64,000 bases of DNA from an uncultured Pseudomonadota bacterium (GCA_963749075.1 CAVVLJ010000004.1:352001-416000), one strand, 5' to 3'. Shown: positions 48,368-62,755, numbered from the stretch's first letter. The notes: a model not told the origin generated them from the sequence alone. A program made the numbers and translations.

Positions 48368-48975
48368 TCGCCAAGCTCGCCGGTCTCGTCGATCAGGCAG
48401 GCGACGGCTCGGTCGTCATCGACGTGGGCGGCGTCGGCTATCTCGTGTTCTGCTCGAGCCGCACGCTCGGCCGCCTGCCGCCGCGCGGCGAGAGCGCTGC
48501 CCTCCTCGTCGAGACGCAGGTGAGCCAGGACCACATCCATCTCTACGGTTTCGCCGACCAGGCCGAGCGCAGCTGGTTCCGCCTCCTCAATACGGTGCAG
48601 GGGGTGGGTGCCAAGGTGGCGCTCGCCATCCTCTCGGCCCTCGACCCGGGCCAGCTCGTGCAGGCGATCGCCGCCCAGGACAAGACGGCGCTTGCGCGCG
48701 CGCAAGGGGTGGGACCCAAGCTCGCCGGGCGCATCGTCTCCGAGCTCAAGGACAAGGCGGGCAACATCGCCCTCGGACCCGCCGCGGCGCTGGGTGCCGC
48801 CGCCTCGGCCGCCGCCCTCGGCAATGCCGGCGCCGACGCCGTCTCCGCCCTCGTCAACTTGGGCTATCGCCGCATGGAGGCCTTTGGCGTGATCGCCGAC
48901 GCCCGGCGCCGCCTCGGCGCCGAGGCGAGCTTCGACGCCCTCGTCAAGGCAGGTCTCAGGGAGCTCAGCCAATGA
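48364..48975 (+). CDS. ruvA: Holliday junction helicase subunit RuvA
   Basis: [31 protein letters not shown]. Confidence 0.95.
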   Translation: MIAKLAGLVDQAGDGSVVIDVGGVGYLVFCSSRTLGRLPPRGESAALLVETQVSQDHIHLYGFADQAERSWFRLLNTVQGVGAKVALAILSALDPGQLVQAIAAQDKTALARAQGVGPKLAGRIVSELKDKAGNIALGPAAALGAAASAAALGNAGADAVSALVNLGYRRMEAFGVIADARRRLGAEASFDALVKAGLRELSQ

Positions 48976-50033
48976 CGGGCGAGGCGCCGGCCGAGACGCG
49001 CATCGTAGAGGGCGGCTTCGCCGGTGAGGACGTGCCGGAGGCCTCGCTCCGCCCGCAGACCCTCGACGAGTTCGTCGGCCAGGCCGCGGTCAGGGCCAAT
49101 CTGCGCGTCTTCGTGGCGGCGGCGCGCGCGCGGCGCGAGGCGCTCGACCACGTGCTGCTCTCAGGCCCCCCCGGCCTCGGCAAGACCACGCTCGCCCAGA
49201 TCATCGCGCGCGAGCTCGGCGTCGGCTTCCGCGCCACCTCGGGACCGGTCATCGCGCGCGCCGGCGACCTGGCGGCGCTCCTCACCAATCTCCAGGTGCG
49301 CGACGTGCTCTTCATCGACGAGATCCACCGCCTCAATCCCGCGGTCGAGGAAATCCTCTATCCCGCCATGGAGGACTTCCAGCTCGACCTCATCATCGGC
49401 GAGGGGCCGGCCGCGCGCTCCGTGCGGATCGACCTGCCGCCCTTCACCCTCGTCGGCGCCACCACGCGCTCGGGCCGCATCACCACTCCCTTGCGCGAGC
49501 GCTTCGGCATTCCGCTGCGCCTCGCCTTTTACACGGAGGGCGAGCTCGTGCAGATCGTGCGCCGCGGCGCGCGCGTGCTCGGCATCACGCTCTCGGCGGA
49601 GGGTGCCGCCGAGATCGCCCGGCGGGCGCGCGGCACGCCGCGCATCGCGGGCCGCCTCCTGCGCCGGGTGCGCGATTTCGCCGCCATCGACGGCTTGGCC
49701 GAGATCGACCGCGCGGCGGCGGACGCGGCGCTCACGCGGCTCGAGGTCGATCAGGCCGGGCTCGACGCCATGGATCGGCGCTACCTCGGCTGCCTCGCCG
49801 ACAATTACGCGGGCGGACCCGCGGGAATCGAGACCCTCTCGGCAGCGCTCGGCGAGCAGCGCGACGTGCTCGAGGAGGTCATCGAGCCCTACCTCATCCA
49901 GCAGGGCCTGGTGCAGCGCACGCCGCGCGGCCGCATGCTCGCCGCCCAGGGTTACCGCTACCTCGGCTTGACGCCGGCAGCGCCGCCGCAGCTCAGCCTC
50001 GAGATCGAGGGCGGGGAGGACGCGGATGGCTGA
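48972..50033 (+). CDS. ruvB: Holliday junction helicase RuvB
   Basis: [39 protein letters not shown]. Confidence 0.97.
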   Translation: MTGEAPAETRIVEGGFAGEDVPEASLRPQTLDEFVGQAAVRANLRVFVAAARARREALDHVLLSGPPGLGKTTLAQIIARELGVGFRATSGPVIARAGDLAALLTNLQVRDVLFIDEIHRLNPAVEEILYPAMEDFQLDLIIGEGPAARSVRIDLPPFTLVGATTRSGRITTPLRERFGIPLRLAFYTEGELVQIVRRGARVLGITLSAEGAAEIARRARGTPRIAGRLLRRVRDFAAIDGLAEIDRAAADAALTRLEVDQAGLDAMDRRYLGCLADNYAGGPAGIETLSAALGEQRDVLEEVIEPYLIQQGLVQRTPRGRMLAAQGYRYLGLTPAAPPQLSLEIEGGEDADG

Positions 50034-50511
50034 GGCGGCCGCGCGCGGCGCTGCGCCGGAGGGTGTCGGAGCGGGCGTGGCAGAGTGCCTCCCGGAGGGA
50101 GTTCACGTCTTCCCCGTGCGCGTCTATTACGAGGATACGGACGCCGCCGGCATCGTCTACCATGCCAACTACCTGCGTTTCGCCGAGCGCGCGCGCACCG
50201 AGATGATGCGCGCCTTCGGCATCGAGAGCTCGAGGCTCCTGGGCGGCCAAGGGCTCGGCTTCGCGGTCGTGCGCTGCACCGTCGATTTTCTCAGGCCCGC
50301 GCGCCTCGACGACGCGCTCGAAGTGCGCACGCGCGTGCTCGAGGTGGGGCGCGCGAGCCTGGCCGCCGAGCAGAGCGTCGAGCGCTCAGGCGTCGTCCTC
50401 GCGCGCATTTTCCTCCGCCTCGCCATGCTCGACCGCAGCGGCCGGGCCGTCCGCCTGCCGCCTTCCATCCGCAACACGCTCATAAATTTGTCGCAATCTG
50501 GGGAGAGATAG
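50026..50511 (+). CDS. ybgC: Tol-Pal-associated acyl-CoA thioesterase
   Basis: [27 protein letters not shown]. Confidence 0.92.
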   Translation: MAEAAARGAAPEGVGAGVAECLPEGVHVFPVRVYYEDTDAAGIVYHANYLRFAERARTEMMRAFGIESSRLLGGQGLGFAVVRCTVDFLRPARLDDALEVRTRVLEVGRASLAAEQSVERSGVVLARIFLRLAMLDRSGRAVRLPPSIRNTLINLSQSGER

Positions 50512-50519
50512 TTGGTGCC

Positions 50520-51248
50520 ATGCAACAGACCGCAGTCGACGTCCTCAACCTAGGCGGCTCGATGCCGTCGTCAGACCTCTCGATGTGGGGTCTCTTTTTT
50601 CGCGCCGACGTGATCGTCAAGACGGTGCTCCTCCTGCTCCTCTTCGCCTCGTTCTGGAGCTGGTCGATCATCTTCGAGAAGATACTGCGGCTGCGCAAGC
50701 TGAGGCGCCACACCGGCGCCTTCGAGGACGCCTTCTGGTCGGGCGGCTCCCTCGAGGAGCTTTACGACCGCATCGAGGGCAAGCCCCAGGACCCCATGGC
50801 GGCCATGTTCTCGGCCGCCATGCGGGAATGGCGCCGCTCGGTGAGCAAGGGCGTCAACATGAAGGAGGTGCGCGGCGGCCTGCAGGACCGCATCGAGCGC
50901 GTCATGCAGGTGACGCTCGGCCGCGAGATGGACCGGCTCGAGCGCTATCTCTCCTTCCTCGCCTCGGTCGGCTCGGTGGCGCCCTTCATCGGCCTCTTCG
51001 GCACGGTCTGGGGCATCATGGACAGCTTCCAGTCGATCGCCCTTACGCGCAACACCACGCTCGCCGTGGTGGCGCCGGGCATCGCCGAGGCGCTGTTTGC
51101 TACGGCGCTCGGCCTCGTCGCCGCCATCCCGGCGGTGGTCGCCTACAACAAGATCAACAACGACCTCCTGCGCTACTCGAGCCGCCTCGAGGCCTTCGCC
51201 GCCGAGTTCTCGGCCATCCTCTCGCGCCAGCTCGAGGAGAGGGCCTGA
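50520..51248 (+). CDS. tolQ: TolQ
   Basis: SFWSW, PFIGLFGTVWGIM, VVAPGIAEALFATA.GL. Confidence 0.95.
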   Translation: MQQTAVDVLNLGGSMPSSDLSMWGLFFRADVIVKTVLLLLLFASFWSWSIIFEKILRLRKLRRHTGAFEDAFWSGGSLEELYDRIEGKPQDPMAAMFSAAMREWRRSVSKGVNMKEVRGGLQDRIERVMQVTLGREMDRLERYLSFLASVGSVAPFIGLFGTVWGIMDSFQSIALTRNTTLAVVAPGIAEALFATALGLVAAIPAVVAYNKINNDLLRYSSRLEAFAAEFSAILSRQLEERA

Positions 51249-51250
51249 GG

Positions 51251-51760
51251 ATGGCGATCACGTTCAAGATGGCGAAGGCCGGCCGCAGCGGACGCGTGCG
51301 CCGCCCGGCCATGAGCGACATCAACGTGACGCCGATGGTCGACGTCATGCTCGTGCTGCTCGTCATCTTCATGGTGACGGCGCCGCTCCTCAATGTGGGC
51401 GTGCCCGTCGACCTGCCGAAGACGACGGCAGCCCCCATCACCGGCCAGGACGAGCCCCTCGTCGTCTCGATCAACGCAGAGGGCAAGGTCTATCTGCAGG
51501 AGACCGAGATCCCCATCGACAACTTGACGGCGCGCCTGCAGGCGGTCACCCAGAACAAGCCCGACACGCGCATCTTCGTGCGCGGCGACCGCAGCATCAA
51601 TTACGGCCGCGTCATGGAGGTGATGGGCATCATCAACCAGGCCGGCTTCAAGCACGTGGCCCTCGTCGCCGAGCTGCCGGCGATCCCGCCGGCGGGCGGG
51701 GCGGCACCCGCCGCAACACCGGCCGGCGGCGCCAACAAGGAGCAGAAAGGGGCGCACTGA
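51251..51760 (+). CDS. tolR: TolR
   Basis: INVTPMVDVMLVLLVIFMVTAP, VRGD..INYG. Confidence 0.95.
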   Translation: MAITFKMAKAGRSGRVRRPAMSDINVTPMVDVMLVLLVIFMVTAPLLNVGVPVDLPKTTAAPITGQDEPLVVSINAEGKVYLQETEIPIDNLTARLQAVTQNKPDTRIFVRGDRSINYGRVMEVMGIINQAGFKHVALVAELPAIPPAGGAAPAATPAGGANKEQKGAH

Positions 51761-51764
51761 GGCC

Positions 51765-52673
51765 ATGCGGCGAGGGATGATCTTCTCGAGCGTGCTGCAT
51801 ACGGCGGTCATCCTTCTCGCCGTCTTCGGCTTGCCGCACCTCACCAACCCGCCGCCCGTGATCGAGGAGCCCATCCCGGTCGAGCTGGCGACGCTCGCCG
51901 ACAAGACCAACGTGCCCGAGCCCGAGCACAAGCCGAAGCCGCAGCCGCAGAAGGCGGCGCTCCCGCTGCCGCCGGCACCGCCCTTGCCCGAGCCGCCCAA
52001 GGCCGAGCCGCCGCCGCCCAAGCCCGAGCCGCCCAAGGCCGAGACGCCGCCGCCGCCGCCCAAGCCCGAGCCGCCACAGGTGGCTCAGCTCCAGCCGCCG
52101 CCGGAGCCGGCGCCCGAGCCGCTGCCCAAGCCCAAGTCGGAGGTCAAGCCGGAGCCCAAGCCGCCGCAGCCGCAGCAGGTGCAGGCGCCGCAGCCGCCCA
52201 TCCCCGAGCCGCCCAAGGCCAAGCCCAAGCCGCCGCCCGACACCACGGTCGAGAAGATCCTCAAGAGCATCGAGCAGTCGAAGCCGCGCCCGCAGCCCGA
52301 TCAGGCGCAGAAGGTGATCAAGGAGGTGGCGCAGGCGACGCCGCACCCCCCGGCCTCGCTCGACAACAGGATGACGATGAGCGAGATCGACGCGGTGCGC
52401 GAGCAGATCGAGCGCTGCTGGAACGTGCCCGCGGGCGCCAAGGACGCCAAGGATCTCGTGGTCGACATCCATCTGACGATGAATCCGGACGGCACTGTGA
52501 GCAAGGCGCAGATCATCGACCAGGCACGCATGCAGACCGACACCTTCTTCCGCGCCGCGGCCGAGAGCGCCTACCGCGCCATCTTCCTGTGCCAGCCGCT
52601 GCACCTGCCGCCCGAGAAGTTCACGCTCTGGCAGGACATGACCTTGAGCTTCAATCCCAGCGAAATCCTCTAA
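51765..52673 (+). CDS. tolA: TolA (Pro-rich)
   Basis: S..LH TM motif, Pro/Glu/Lys-rich linker, CWNVP..AESA.RA C-domain; between tolR and tolB. Confidence 0.85.
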   Translation: MRRGMIFSSVLHTAVILLAVFGLPHLTNPPPVIEEPIPVELATLADKTNVPEPEHKPKPQPQKAALPLPPAPPLPEPPKAEPPPPKPEPPKAETPPPPPKPEPPQVAQLQPPPEPAPEPLPKPKSEVKPEPKPPQPQQVQAPQPPIPEPPKAKPKPPPDTTVEKILKSIEQSKPRPQPDQAQKVIKEVAQATPHPPASLDNRMTMSEIDAVREQIERCWNVPAGAKDAKDLVVDIHLTMNPDGTVSKAQIIDQARMQTDTFFRAAAESAYRAIFLCQPLHLPPEKFTLWQDMTLSFNPSEIL

Positions 52674-52680
52674 TAGGTGT

Positions 52681-54072
52681 GTGATGAGAGATCGGTGCGT
52701 GACGACAAGAGAGACAAAGGCGGGCTCCCGCCGCCGCCCGGCCGCGGCGGCGCCGCTTCTGTTCCTGGCAGCGCTACTCCTTGCCTCGGGCCCGGCGCGC
52801 GCCGAGCTTCATATCGACATCACGCGCGGCCAGATGCAGCCGATCCCGATCGCCATCACCCCCTTCTTCGGCCAGGCTCCCGACGACGCGCAGATGGGGC
52901 AGAGCATCACCGGCGTCGCCTCGGCCGACCTCGAGCGCTCGGGCCTCTTCAAGCCCATCGACCCCAAGGCCTTCATCCAGACGCCCGAGTCGCTGCGCGT
53001 CGCGCCGCACTTCAACGAGTGGCGCACGATCAACGCCCAGGCGCTGGTGAGCGGTGCGGTGGACAAGCAGCCCGACGGGCGCTTACGCGTCGAGTTCCGT
53101 CTGTGGGACGTCTATGCCGAGCAGCAGATGATCGGGCTCGCCTATTTCACCACGCCGCAGAACTGGCGGCGCATCGCCCACATCATCGCCGACGCCATCT
53201 ACAAGCGGCTCACCGGCGAGGAGGGCTATTTCGACAGCCGCATCGTCTACATCTCGGAGACCGGGCCGCTGCAGAACCGCATCAAGCGCCTCGCCATCAT
53301 GGACCAGGACGGCGCCAACCACAAATTCCTCACCAATCCCGGCACGCTCGTGCTGACCCCGCGCTTCTCGCCGACCCAGCAGGAGATCACCTATCTCTCC
53401 TATTATCAGAACCGCCCGCGGGTCTATCTCTACAACATCGACACCGGCCAGCAGGAGGTGGTGGGCGACTTCCCCGGCATGACCTTCGCCCCGCGCTTCT
53501 CGCCCGACGGCAATACGCTCATCCTGAGCCTCGCGCGCGAGGGCACCTCGAGCATCTACACCTTCGACGTGCGCACGCGCCGGCAGGCCAAGATCACCAG
53601 CTCGCCCTCGATCGACACCTCGCCCTGCTACGCGCCCGACGGCAAGCACATCGCCTTCGCCTCCGACCGCGGCGGCACCCAGCAGCTCTATGTGATGAAT
53701 GCGGACGGCACCAACATCCATCGCATCAGCTTCGGCCCCGGCCGCTACGGCACGCCCGTCTGGTCGCCGCGCGGCGACCTCATCGCCTTCACGCACTATG
53801 CTGCGCCGGATCAGGGCAATACCTTCAACATCGGCGTGATGGCGCCCGACGGCACGAGCGAGCGCGAGCTCACCCAGGGCTTCCTCGTCGAGGGTCCGAC
53901 CTGGGCGCCCAACGGGCGCGTGCTGATGTTCTTCCGCCAGACCCCGTCCGGACCCCACGGCGAGGGCTTCACGAGCCGGCTTTACACGATAGACCTGACC
54001 GGCTATAACGAGCGCGAGGTCGTGACCCCGCTGGATGCCTCGGATCCGGCATGGTCGCCCTTGAATCCATGA
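52681..54072 (+). CDS. tolB: TolB
   Basis: IDITRG..PIPIAI, DLERSG, repeated PRFSPDG/PxWSP propeller blades. Confidence 0.95.
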   Translation: MMRDRCVTTRETKAGSRRRPAAAAPLLFLAALLLASGPARAELHIDITRGQMQPIPIAITPFFGQAPDDAQMGQSITGVASADLERSGLFKPIDPKAFIQTPESLRVAPHFNEWRTINAQALVSGAVDKQPDGRLRVEFRLWDVYAEQQMIGLAYFTTPQNWRRIAHIIADAIYKRLTGEEGYFDSRIVYISETGPLQNRIKRLAIMDQDGANHKFLTNPGTLVLTPRFSPTQQEITYLSYYQNRPRVYLYNIDTGQQEVVGDFPGMTFAPRFSPDGNTLILSLAREGTSSIYTFDVRTRRQAKITSSPSIDTSPCYAPDGKHIAFASDRGGTQQLYVMNADGTNIHRISFGPGRYGTPVWSPRGDLIAFTHYAAPDQGNTFNIGVMAPDGTSERELTQGFLVEGPTWAPNGRVLMFFRQTPSGPHGEGFTSRLYTIDLTGYNEREVVTPLDASDPAWSPLNP

Positions 54073-54216
54073 GCCCGCAGGCCCATCATTCGGCGAATTT
54101 GCACGATTTTGACTTCGGGCCCCTCTTGCAATTCGATGCATTCCGGCACAGAAGGGACATGGCGTTTGCCTCACGCCCCCCTGCAACCCCGTCACCCGCT
54201 GAAGGGAACTTAAGAA

Positions 54217-54717
54217 ATGCGCGTAACCCCGGTTCTGACCCTCATCGCCGCGGTCCTGATGCTCGCCGCGTGCTCGTCCGAAACGCCAACCCCGAAGGCA
54301 ACACCCAGCCCGGGCATGCAGGCGCCGCCCGCAGCGGCGCCGGTCGGGACGCAGATCGTGCCCGGCAGCCAGGCGGACCTGGTGGCCAATGTCGGCGACC
54401 GCGTGTTCTTCGATTACGACAAGTCGGATCTAAGGTCCGACGCGCGCGCGCAGGTCGAGAAGTGGGCGGCGTGGCTTAAGAAATATCCGCAGAACAACGT
54501 GACCATCGAGGGGAACTGCGACGAGCGCGGCACCCGCGAGTACAACCTGGCGCTCGGCGAGCGCCGCGCGTCGGCGGCCAAGAAGTATCTCACCGCCCTC
54601 GGCATCGAGGCGAGGCGCATCAACACCATCAGCTACGGCAAGGAGCGTCCGGCCGTGGTCGGCTCCAACGAGGCGGCGTGGGCGCAGAACCGGCGCGACG
54701 TGATGGTGGTCAACTAG
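54217..54717 (+). CDS. pal: Peptidoglycan-associated lipoprotein
   Basis: LAAC lipobox, VFFDYDK, EGNCDERGTREYNLALGERRA, SYGKERP. Confidence 0.96.
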   Translation: MRVTPVLTLIAAVLMLAACSSETPTPKATPSPGMQAPPAAAPVGTQIVPGSQADLVANVGDRVFFDYDKSDLRSDARAQVEKWAAWLKKYPQNNVTIEGNCDERGTREYNLALGERRASAAKKYLTALGIEARRINTISYGKERPAVVGSNEAAWAQNRRDVMVVN

Positions 54718-54975
54718 CCCTCTTCGGGGAGCAAAAAGCGGGCTCCCCTTGTCATCGGCGCCTGCCTGTCTCGCGGCGAGAGCCGCGGCCGATGGGCAGG
54801 CGCCATTATTTTGCCCAGAATTCCGGGCATTGTCCGGCGAGGGCGGGCGGGCGCCGGGCCGCCGGCTGCGCGCCAGCGCCCCAAGGTGCCGGCCGCTGCC
54901 TGCGAACCGGGCAAATGGTGCCGGGCGTCAGCGAAGAGCCGAGCGACCAACCAGAAAACAGCCGAGAGTTGCAAA

Positions 54976-55936
54976 ATGCCGCGCACGCCGATCACCTTGG
55001 AGGCACTCTCCCGCAAGGGCCGGACGAGCGCCGCTCCGGCCCTCCTCTTAGCCCTCCTCCTGGCCCTCCTCGCCGCCCCGGCGGCGGCGCAGCAGCTCGA
55101 CAATCGAGTGCTCCAGCAGCGCATCGAGCGCCTGGAGAGCGATCTCGCCATCCTGCAGCGCCAGGTCTACGTCGGCGGCGGCGCTGCGCCCTCCGGCTCG
55201 GCCGGCGCGAGCGGGGGACAGATGGCGCCGACGGTCGCCGCCAGCCTCGAGCTCAGGGTCTCCCAGCTCGAGACCCAGATGCAGGGCATGACCGGCCGCC
55301 TCGAGGAGTTCGGCCACAGCATCGACCAGCTGAAGGCCGAGATGGACAAGCTCGCGAAGGACGTGGATTTCCGCCTCTCGGCCCTCGACCGCGGCGGCGC
55401 CGGGGCGGCTCAGCCGGCAGGGGAATCTGTTGACGGCCCCGGCCCCGGCGGCCGGGCGGCCGGTCGCGGCCGCGGTGCCTGCGGCACCGGCGCCGGCCGC
55501 TCCCGCACCGGCGCAGCGCAGCTCGCTCGGTGCCGGCCAGGTCCTCCCGGTGGGCACGCCGAAGCAGCAGTACGACTTCGCGCAGGCCTTGCTGCTGCAG
55601 CAGAATTACGTGGATGCCGAGAAGGCCTTCGGCGCCTTCGTCAACACCCATCCCGACGACCCGCTCGCCGGCGCCGCCCAGTACTGGCTCGGGGAGACCT
55701 TCTATATGCGCACCAATTTCGATCAGGCCGCCAAGATCTTCGCCGAGGGATACCAGAAGTATCCGAAGAGCTCCAAGGCGCCCGAGACGCTCCTCAAGCT
55801 CGCCATGTCGCTTACCCAATTGAACCGCAAGAAGGACGCCTGCGTCATCCTCAGCGAGCTCGATCAACGCTACCCGAATGCGACGAACGTGAGGCACCTC
55901 GCCCAGAATGAGCGTCAGCGCGACGGCTGCGGGTGA
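54976..55936 (+). CDS. cpoB: Tol-Pal protein CpoB/YbgF (+1 frameshift near 55420)
   Basis: Signal peptide and coiled coil (LETQMQGMTGRLEE) in one frame; TPR part (AQYWLGE, YPKSSKAPETLLKL) in the next. Confidence 0.85.
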
Positions 55937-57312
55937 CGGCGCCGCGGCGGCCGCGGGCGGCGTCCTCGGCGCCGATCGGAGCCGCCGAGTTCGCGCGCCT
56001 CATGAGCGGCCTCGGCCCGTTCGAGGACGGGCCGAGGATCGCGGTTGCCCTCTCGGGCGGCAGCGACAGCCTGGCACTCGCCTTGCTGGCGGCGCGCTGG
56101 GCGGTGCGGCAAGGCGGCGGAGCGATCGGGCTTACGGTCGATCATGGGCTGCGGCCGGAGGCGGCTCTTGAGGCGCGCCGCGTCGGCGCCTGGCTTGCCG
56201 CGCGCGGCGTCCCCCATCGCATTCTCGTCTGGCGCGGGGCGAAGCCCGCGGCCAATCTGCAGGCGGCCGCACGGGCCGCGCGCTACCGCCTGCTCGAGGC
56301 CTGGTGCCGGCAGAACGCCGTGCTCCACCTGCTCATCGCACACCAGCGCGAGGATCAGGCCGAGACCTTGCTCCTGAGGCTCGCGCGGGGCAGCGGGCTC
56401 GACGGCCTTGCCGCCATGGCGCCCGTGAGCGGGACGCGGGAGGTGCGCATCCTGCGCCCCCTTCTCGCCGTGCCGCGCGCGCGCCTCGCTGCCACCCTCG
56501 CGGCCCTGCGGCAGGACTGGATCGAGGACCCGAGCAACCAGGACCGCCACCACGCGCGGGTGCGCGTGCGGGCGCTCATGCCGGCGCTCGCCGATGAAGG
56601 GCTGACCGCCGAGCGGCTGGCCGCCACCGCGGCGCTGCTCGGCCGCGCCCGCCGGGCGCTCGAGGGCGACGTGGCACGCCTCCTCGCGGAGAGCGTGGCG
56701 GTGGATCCGGCCGGCTATGCGCTCGTGGCACCGGCAGCGCTCGCCGCTGCGGCCGAGGAGGTGGCGTTGCGCGCCCTCGCGCGCGTCATCCAGACGATCG
56801 GCGGCGCTGTCTATCCCCCGCGGCTCGACCGCCTCGAGCGGCTCTACCGCGAGCTCGTGCGCGAGGGTGCCTTTGCCGCGCGCACGCTCGGCGGCTGCCG
56901 CATCCTGCAGGCCTCGGGGCGCCAGCGCGCGGGCGGGCTCCTCGTTTGCCGCGAGCCGGCTCTCGTCGAGGCCGCGCGCCCGGTCGAGGCGCGCGAGCGC
57001 CTGAGCTGGGACGGCCGCTACGAGCTGGTCCTCACCGCGGCGCTGTCCTCGGCCGTGGGCGCGGTCAGCCTCGGGGCCTTAGGCGAGGCGGGCTGGGCGG
57101 CGCTCGTGGCAGCTTCGCCACGCCTCAGCGACAATCCGCTCCCGGCGCCGGTCCGCCCCTCCCTTCCGGCCTTGCGCGACCTTGAAGGCCTCCTCGCGGT
57201 ACCCCACTTGGACTATGGACGGGGGCAGGCGGAAACTGGTACCGTTTACGTTCGCAGTCTACTCTTTCGCCCGCTGCGTCCGCTTGCGATCGGGCCTGCA
57301 CCGGTTGCCTAG
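55933..57312 (+). CDS. tilS: tRNA(Ile)-lysidine synthetase
   Basis: ALSGGSDS, VDHGLR, AHQREDQAET, RGSG..GL, EDPSN. Confidence 0.93.
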   Translation: MTAPRRPRAASSAPIGAAEFARLMSGLGPFEDGPRIAVALSGGSDSLALALLAARWAVRQGGGAIGLTVDHGLRPEAALEARRVGAWLAARGVPHRILVWRGAKPAANLQAAARAARYRLLEAWCRQNAVLHLLIAHQREDQAETLLLRLARGSGLDGLAAMAPVSGTREVRILRPLLAVPRARLAATLAALRQDWIEDPSNQDRHHARVRVRALMPALADEGLTAERLAATAALLGRARRALEGDVARLLAESVAVDPAGYALVAPAALAAAAEEVALRALARVIQTIGGAVYPPRLDRLERLYRELVREGAFAARTLGGCRILQASGRQRAGGLLVCREPALVEAARPVEARERLSWDGRYELVLTAALSSAVGAVSLGALGEAGWAALVAASPRLSDNPLPAPVRPSLPALRDLEGLLAVPHLDYGRGQAETGTVYVRSLLFRPLRPLAIGPAPVA

Positions 57313-57420
57313 CGGACGATATGTATTATTTACTCGTGAGAGGGTGCGCCGACCGGACCGGCAGGCGGGACGGGTGATCGCGGAGAGAGCACTCGAGGCG
57401 GGATTCGGAAGGCGCAGGCG

Positions 57421-59350
<1,930 letters not shown>

Positions 59351-59358
<8 letters not shown>

Positions 59359-60511
59359 CGCCAAGGGAGAGGCGGCGCTCGCGAGAAGCCCCGACCTCGG
59401 CCGGGGCTTTGCCTTGTCGGGGCCGCCCGAGGGCCGGCTCTACGTGCGGCCCGTCAGCCCCATCCACGGCGCCGAGGCGCGCGCCGCACTCGAGGTCGGG
59501 GCGGCGCTGCCGCTTGCCGGCGGCCCGCTCGCCTTCACGCGCTGCGAGGTGCTGCAGCGCGGAGAGAAGGGCGTCGAATGCGCCTTCGTCACCGTCTTTG
59601 CCCTGCGGGAGTGGGCGCGGAAGGCGGGCAGCGCCATCGAGCATCACGTCTCGAGCCTGCTCGCGGCACTTGCCGCGCCGCGCGCCGATTTCGCCGGCCT
59701 CTCGCTCGACCGGCCGCGGCTCATGGGCATCGTGAACGCGACCCCCGACAGCTTCTCGGACGGCGGCGACCATAGGACGGCCGAGAGCGCCGTCGCCCTC
59801 GGGCTGGCGCTCGCCGAGGCCGGAGCCGACATCCTCGACGTGGGCGGCGAATCGACGCGGCCAGGCGCGCAACCTGTCGCCGCCGAGGAGGAGCTCAGCC
59901 GCGTGGCGCCGGTGCTCGACGGCCTCGCGGCGGCAGCGCCCGGCACCCTCCTCTCGATCGACACGCGCCATGCCTCGGTGATGCGCGCCGCCCTCGATGC
60001 GCGCGCGCGCATCGTCAACGACGTGACCGCGCTCGCGGGCGATCCGCTGAGCCTGGCGCTCGTTGCCGAGCGGCGGGCGGCGGTCGTGCTGGTGCACATG
60101 CAGGGCAATCCTGCGACCATGAACGCAGCACCGCACTACGCCTTCGCGCCACTCGATATCTACGATGCGCTCGCTACGCGGGTCGAGGCCTGCCTCGCGG
60201 CGGGCATCCCGCGCGGACGCATCGCCGTCGACCCCGGGCTCGGCTTCGGCAAGCGCACCTCGCACAACCTCGAGATCCTCGAGCGCCTCTCGCTCTTCCA
60301 CGGGCTCGGCTGCGCGGTGATGATCGGCGCCTCGCGCAAGCTCCTGATCGGCGCCTCGCCCAAGTCCGTACCGCCCAAGGCGCGCATCGGCGCCTCGCTC
60401 GCCGCGGCCTTTGCCGCCCTCGAGGAGGGAGCAGCACTCCTCCGCGTCCACGACGTGGCCGAGACGCTCCAGGCCGTCAACCTGTGGCGCGCCCTGCGGG
60501 GGAATTATTAG
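59351..60511 (+). CDS. folP: Dihydropteroate synthase
   Basis: [41 protein letters not shown]. Confidence 0.93.
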
Positions 60512-61059
60512 GGCCGCCGCTCGGGCGCCGAGAAATCGCCGCCCTGGCCCCTGACCAAGCCGATGCCCGTCTCTCTCTGGAACATCAAGAGGTCGAAGGA
60601 CGGCGCCTCGTCCTCGAGCCTGGTGAGGATCGCGTGCGCCTGGCCGCGGTGGTGGGTCTGGTGATTGAAGAAATGCAGGAGCAACGGCGTGAGCCCCTGC
60701 TCGATCTCGGCCGGGCTGCGCGTCGAGCGGTAGCGGATCGTGCCGGCGAGCGCTGCCTCCGTGAGCGCTCCGGCATAGGCGATGATGCGCGCGTCCTCGG
60801 CGCGCCGGGCAGCCTCCAGCTCGGCAAACTCGCCGTAGAGGATGCCATCGAGCGCCGCCGGGATCTCGCCCTCGCCGGTGAAGCGCTGCATCCAGATGCG
60901 GTCGCCGACGAGAAGATGGTTGAGGGTGCCGTGGAGCGAATGGAAGAAGACGCCGTGGTCGGCCCGGTATTGGGCGTCCGGAATCCGCCCGGCGGCCGCG
61001 AAGAGGCGGCGGTTGACCCAGTCGTTGTAGGCGGCGAGCATCGCGAAATGTTGCTTCAT
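60508..61059 (-). CDS. DinB family protein
   Basis: YNDW.N, F.SLHGTLNH...D.IW, HFFNHQTHHRGQ. Confidence 0.9.
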   Translation of the reverse strand: MKQHFAMLAAYNDWVNRRLFAAAGRIPDAQYRADHGVFFHSLHGTLNHLLVGDRIWMQRFTGEGEIPAALDGILYGEFAELEAARRAEDARIIAYAGALTEAALAGTIRYRSTRSPAEIEQGLTPLLLHFFNHQTHHRGQAHAILTRLEDEAPSFDLLMFQRETGIGLVRGQGGDFSAPERRP

Positions 61060-61153
61060 TGAGGCACCCTTGCTCGTCATGCGGAGCGACGTGGAGTGAC
61101 TACAGGAGGACGCGAGTCGATGCAAGGCAGGCCAGGGGAATCGCATATAGTCG

Positions 61154-61264
61154 CCTCACCCTTCGAGACGCGCGCGTTGCGCGCTCCTCAGGGTGAGGCG
61201 ATCCCGATGTGTGGCGGATTTCCTCATCCTGAGGAGGGCCGAAGGCCCGTCTCGAAGGATGAGG
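61154..61264. repeat. REP-like family A inverted pair
   Basis: CCTCACCCTTCGAGACG..CTCCTCAGGGTGAGG and CCTCATCCTGAGGAG..CGTCTCGAAGGATGAGG. Confidence 0.85.
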
Positions 61265-61367
61265 AAATCCGAGCGGCACCATATGCGATTGCTCTGCAAG
61301 GCAGGCGCCATGCTGCAACCGGGCGGGGCTTCTGCTATAAGGTGGCCGGCATTGCGGAGGAAACCGC

Positions 61368-62714
61368 GTGACGCGCAAGCTCTTCGGCACCGACGGCATC
61401 CGCGGCACGGCGAACGCCGAGCCCATGACGGCGGAGACCGCCCTCAGGGTCGCGATGGCGGCCGGCGCCCATTTCACGCGCGGCAACCACCGCCATCGCG
61501 TGGTCGTGGGCAAGGACACGCGGCTCTCGGGCTATCTCCTCGAGCCGGCGCTCACCGCCGGCTTCGTCTCGGTGGGCATGGACGTGGTGCTACTGGGCCC
61601 GCTGCCCACGCCGGCCGTCGCCATGCTCACGCGCTCGCTGCGCGCCGATCTCGGCGTGGTCATCTCCGCCTCGCACAACCCCTACCAGGACAACGGCATC
61701 AAGCTCTTCGGCCCCGACGGCTACAAGCTCTCGGACGAGGTGGAGCGCGAGATCGAGGCGCGCATGGGCAATGGTGCCGGTGCCGCGCGCGTGGCGAGCG
61801 ACAAGCTCGGCCGCGCCATGCGGCTCGACGACGCGCTCGGCCGCTACATCGAGTTCGTCAAGGGCAGCTTTCCGCGCAGGCTGCGGCTCGACGGGCTCAA
61901 GATCGTCATCGACTGCGCCCATGGTGCCGCCTACAAGGCGGCACCCACGGTGCTCTACGAGCTCGGCGCCGAGGTGGTGGCGATCGGCGTCGAGCCCGAC
62001 GGCTTCAACATCAACCGGGGCTGCGGCGCCACCGATACCGCGGCACTCGAGGAGCGCGTGCTGGCCGAGAAGGCGGACGTCGGCATCGCCCTCGACGGCG
62101 ATGCCGACCGCGTGGTCATGGTGGACGAGCGCGGGGTGCGGCTCGACGGCGACCAGCTCATGGCCCTCGTGGCGCGCACCTGGCACGCGGGCGGCCGGCT
62201 GCGCGGCGGCGGCATCGTGGCGACCGTGATGTCGAACCTCGGCCTCGAGCGCTATCTCGCCGGCCTCGGCCTCACGCTCATGCGCACGCAGGTGGGCGAC
62301 CGCTACGTGCTCGAGGCCATGCGCGAGGGCGGCTACAACGTGGGCGGCGAGCAGTCGGGGCACATCGTGCTGCCCGACTACACGACGACGGGCGACGGCC
62401 TCATCTCGGCGCTCCAGGTGCTGGCCGCACTCGTCGAGGAGGGCAAGCCGGCGAGCAAGGCGGTCCGTCTCTTCGAGCCGCTGCCGCAGCTCCTCAAGAA
62501 CGTGCGCTTCAACGGCGGGGCACCGCTCGAGCGCCCGGGCGTCAAGGCGGCGATCCGCGAGGCCGAGGCCATGCTCGGCGGCGGCGGGCGGCTCCTCATC
62601 CGCAAGTCCGGCACCGAGCCCCTCATCCGCGTCATGGCCGAGGGCGCCGACGAGGCGGTCGTCGGCCGCGCCGTCGACGAGGTGGTGCGCGCGATCGAGC
62701 GGGCTGCGGGATAG
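61368..62714 (+). CDS. glmM: Phosphoglucosamine mutase
   Basis: [40 protein letters not shown]. Confidence 0.96.
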   Translation: MTRKLFGTDGIRGTANAEPMTAETALRVAMAAGAHFTRGNHRHRVVVGKDTRLSGYLLEPALTAGFVSVGMDVVLLGPLPTPAVAMLTRSLRADLGVVISASHNPYQDNGIKLFGPDGYKLSDEVEREIEARMGNGAGAARVASDKLGRAMRLDDALGRYIEFVKGSFPRRLRLDGLKIVIDCAHGAAYKAAPTVLYELGAEVVAIGVEPDGFNINRGCGATDTAALEERVLAEKADVGIALDGDADRVVMVDERGVRLDGDQLMALVARTWHAGGRLRGGGIVATVMSNLGLERYLAGLGLTLMRTQVGDRYVLEAMREGGYNVGGEQSGHIVLPDYTTTGDGLISALQVLAALVEEGKPASKAVRLFEPLPQLLKNVRFNGGAPLERPGVKAAIREAEAMLGGGGRLLIRKSGTEPLIRVMAEGADEAVVGRAVDEVVRAIERAAG

Positions 62715-62755
62715 CGGCGAGATATCGCCTATGTGCAGCGCAGCTGGCGTGGACC

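Noticed and set aside
51910-52240. Tandem Pro-rich repeats
   Set aside because: Ordinary low-complexity TolA linker
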